A DNA stretch of 64,000 nt from Raillietiella orientalis (taxonomy: Eukaryota): contig JAYWIR010000001.1 in the NCBI GenBank assembly GCA_036172245.1, positions 930,001-994,000 of the forward strand, read 5' to 3'. The translations under genes and the position numbers were made by a program. Shown here one piece after another: positions 61,960 to 64,000 of the stretch. The notes below the pieces were generated by a model, which was not told where the DNA came from, ran no database searches, and saw only the letters and a list, made by a program, of their open reading frames with translations. Positions within the stretch are counted from its first letter, which is position 1. Each line of letters opens with the position of its first letter.

Positions 61960-64000
61960 GGCGGAGGCTCGCTTGACGATGTGCGCGCGAAGTGAGCACA
62001 CAATCCATCCGTTCTCGCCCGGTTGTCCCTGGTGTTTACTAGGGTAAACACACTGGGAGCGCAGTTCCCAAAGGAAGGGCTCGCCGCCGACTCGCAGGTC
62101 GTTTCCCGCAAGAGCGGGAGAGAAGGGGACAATAAATAAATGGAAAAAAGAAAGGAGGGGTAAAGGTGAGGGGCGTTTAGTCAGCCGCTCGTTCCTTCCC
62201 GGAACCGGCGCGGAGCGCCAGCGACCTCCGTGGCGACTTCTTCCTGCATGTGAGGTCGCCCTCGCGTAGGCTGCTGCCTCGCGGGGTGACCTCCCTCCGC
62301 TCAGCCCGACACTCCAGCACGTGGCGGGCTGCGATCATCCATCGTTACCACCACGACTCCTGGCCAGGATCCGCAGTTTGACCAAGGCGGCGTCCTCCGG
62401 GTTCAGCAGCCTTGAAGGCAGTCCCCGCCGCAGTTCGTGGTTGACATCACACCGTTTCAAAAGTTTAGTGCCGAAACTCCCCTGGAACCGGGTCTCATTC
62501 CGTCTGCAGTGGGCACCCCAGTGCAGGCAACAGCAGCACGTCCGCTTTCGAGCGTAGGGGGAGCATCTCAGTGTGCACGCATGTGGGGAGGTACTGCAAG
62601 TGCTTCAGAGGGCAGCGCCAAGAAGATTGCCTCCACCGACGTGGTCCCTTCTCCCGGGAACGAGGGTTTCACCAGCTCGCTCGCGGTCCACCCACCAAGG
62701 GGTTCAACTGCTCCTGCGATGGGGCAGGGGAATTCCCACCCCTCCGACTGGCAAGGGCCGCCGTTTGTCCTCAGGGAAGACGAGGCTGAGATAAGGGGTG
62801 TGGCAGCCAGGCGGGACCACTCCACCCTGCCCTTCAGTGTATCCTTTAGAGGATGGCTCCGGAGACGCCACAGGGGCCAAGTACTGCTGGTCGCCTTTCT
62901 AAGGTGGAAAGCAAAGGACGGGCTTCTGAGAAGGAGAGGCGAGTCGCCTCCGGGAAAAACCACGCCCCCGCACCCTGTAGCGGTCAACGATAAAAGTCCT
63001 TCGCTGCCGGTGGAAGGACAGGGCGAGCAGGGAGGCACCCACGTCGAGGCACCCACAATTTGGAGTCCACGGAGAGCGAGTTTCCGGGGCTGCATCTGCT
63101 GTCCGGCTTTTCCGAGCGTCGGGACGCCCAGGCCAGCTTCCTGACTCGGTGCCACCAAGTCTTTGCGGAGGTTGAGAGATCTCGAAGGTGTCCACAGGGA
63201 TTTCCTCAACGGACTTTGCGTCGGGAGCTTTGCCAAGTAGAGGGGCGGACAAACAAAAAAGCAAGGGGCGGACAGTACCCCAGATGGCGGCAACGGAGGG
63301 CAACGAAAGAGTTCCAGATGGTGGCAACGAGGGGCAACAAAGGTGTTGCAGATGGCGGCAACGGAGGACAACGAAGTTGTTTCAGATGATGGACCGCTCC
63401 GGCAAGACGACGTTGCCATTGCGGAACGGCCCGAGAGCCGTCTCAGCGTTTTGAAAGCAGCCGGACCACGCTCCTTCAGCGCCCGAAGTCGCCCGACAGA
63501 ACGCCCGGGCACTTCAAGTACCTTACCCCGAGGATCAGCAGGCAGATCCAGTAGGAGTGCTTTATTCACGATGCTCCGACTTCCTGTTGACTCTCATGCC
63601 CGCTTACCGGCGGAGGATCTCGAAGAAAACCTCGATCCTAGACGCCGGTTTAGAAGGAAGAAACCGTCTGAAAGTTGCAGGAGTGACCCTTCAAAAGGAC
63701 GAAGCAGTCGGCCATTGTTGTCAAAAACATTCCTGCCCATCACTGTGTTCACCTCACAGTGCTTCTAAGAGACGGATCACTGAGGGACTACTGAGCACAA
63801 CGCGCTCCGTCTATCTTCTTCCGGTATCACAAGGTTACTCTTCGTGACGGCCTTGAAGGAACAAATGGGTTCCATTGTCCTCTAGTTTGTAACGAAACAG
63901 CCTTGGGAACGGCACCTCTACTGTCAAGGGACCTGTTTTGAGGTCCTGCTGCCATTTCTCCACCTGCTTTGCCACCATCCCGGAATGTCCCCTTTTTGAG
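61960..64000 (-). mobile_element. Decayed L1/Tx1-clade LINE (RT to 3' UTR), running off the window end
   Basis: GRNVFDN, MNKALLL, RRLSGRSA, KSLWT, LVAPSQEAGLGVP (L..P...GGLGVP). A T-rich 3' UTR with hairpins lies at 62030-62160. Confidence 0.7.
63281..63392. repeat. 34-bp tandem repeat, 3 full copies plus a partial, inside the LINE relic
   Basis: cagatggcggcaacggagggcaacgaaagagttc-like units start at 63281, 63315, 63349 and 63383. Confidence 0.9.

Noticed and set aside
42690-63768. Long ORF-track entries as novel genes (42690-43517, 45015-45851, 50417-51181, 55950-56831, 60637-61356, 62437-63144, 62568-63569)
   Set aside because: They are chimeric, antisense or decayed frames across GC-rich TE relics. 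For example, 55950-56831 fuses the hAT C-terminus to a LINE fragment.

Overview
This is eukaryotic genomic DNA from an invertebrate animal, probably an ecdysozoan or arthropod (inference). There is no sign of prokaryotic features such as CRISPR arrays or operons. Three intron-containing genes can be assembled by hand with consistent splice phases: a crooked/quiver-type Ly6 GPI-anchored protein (exons 27571-28006, probable signal-peptide exon 11 kb upstream at 16505), BBS1 (+, 35667-38123, 11 exons, 584 aa) and, convergent with it, SUDS3/Sds3 (-, 41408-39553, 9 exons, 307 aa). Many introns are only 37-55 nt. Most of the rest, especially 1-4.2 kb, 11.7-13 kb and 42-64 kb, is a nested graveyard of degenerate L1/Tx1-clade LINEs. 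It also holds six copies of a tRNA-headed SINE-like repeat and a pogo/Tigger-like MITE. A 4.6-kb DNA-transposon insertion (53048-57675) has long AT-rich inverted arms, flanking direct repeats, and a decayed hAT transposase that resembles human KIAA1586. A long SINE-derived fold-back hairpin lies at 46449-46774. A CpG-poor block with intron-like signals but no decodable protein lies at 5.7-8.1 kb. Protein-family assignments come from remembered motifs, not database searches, and TE boundaries are approximate.
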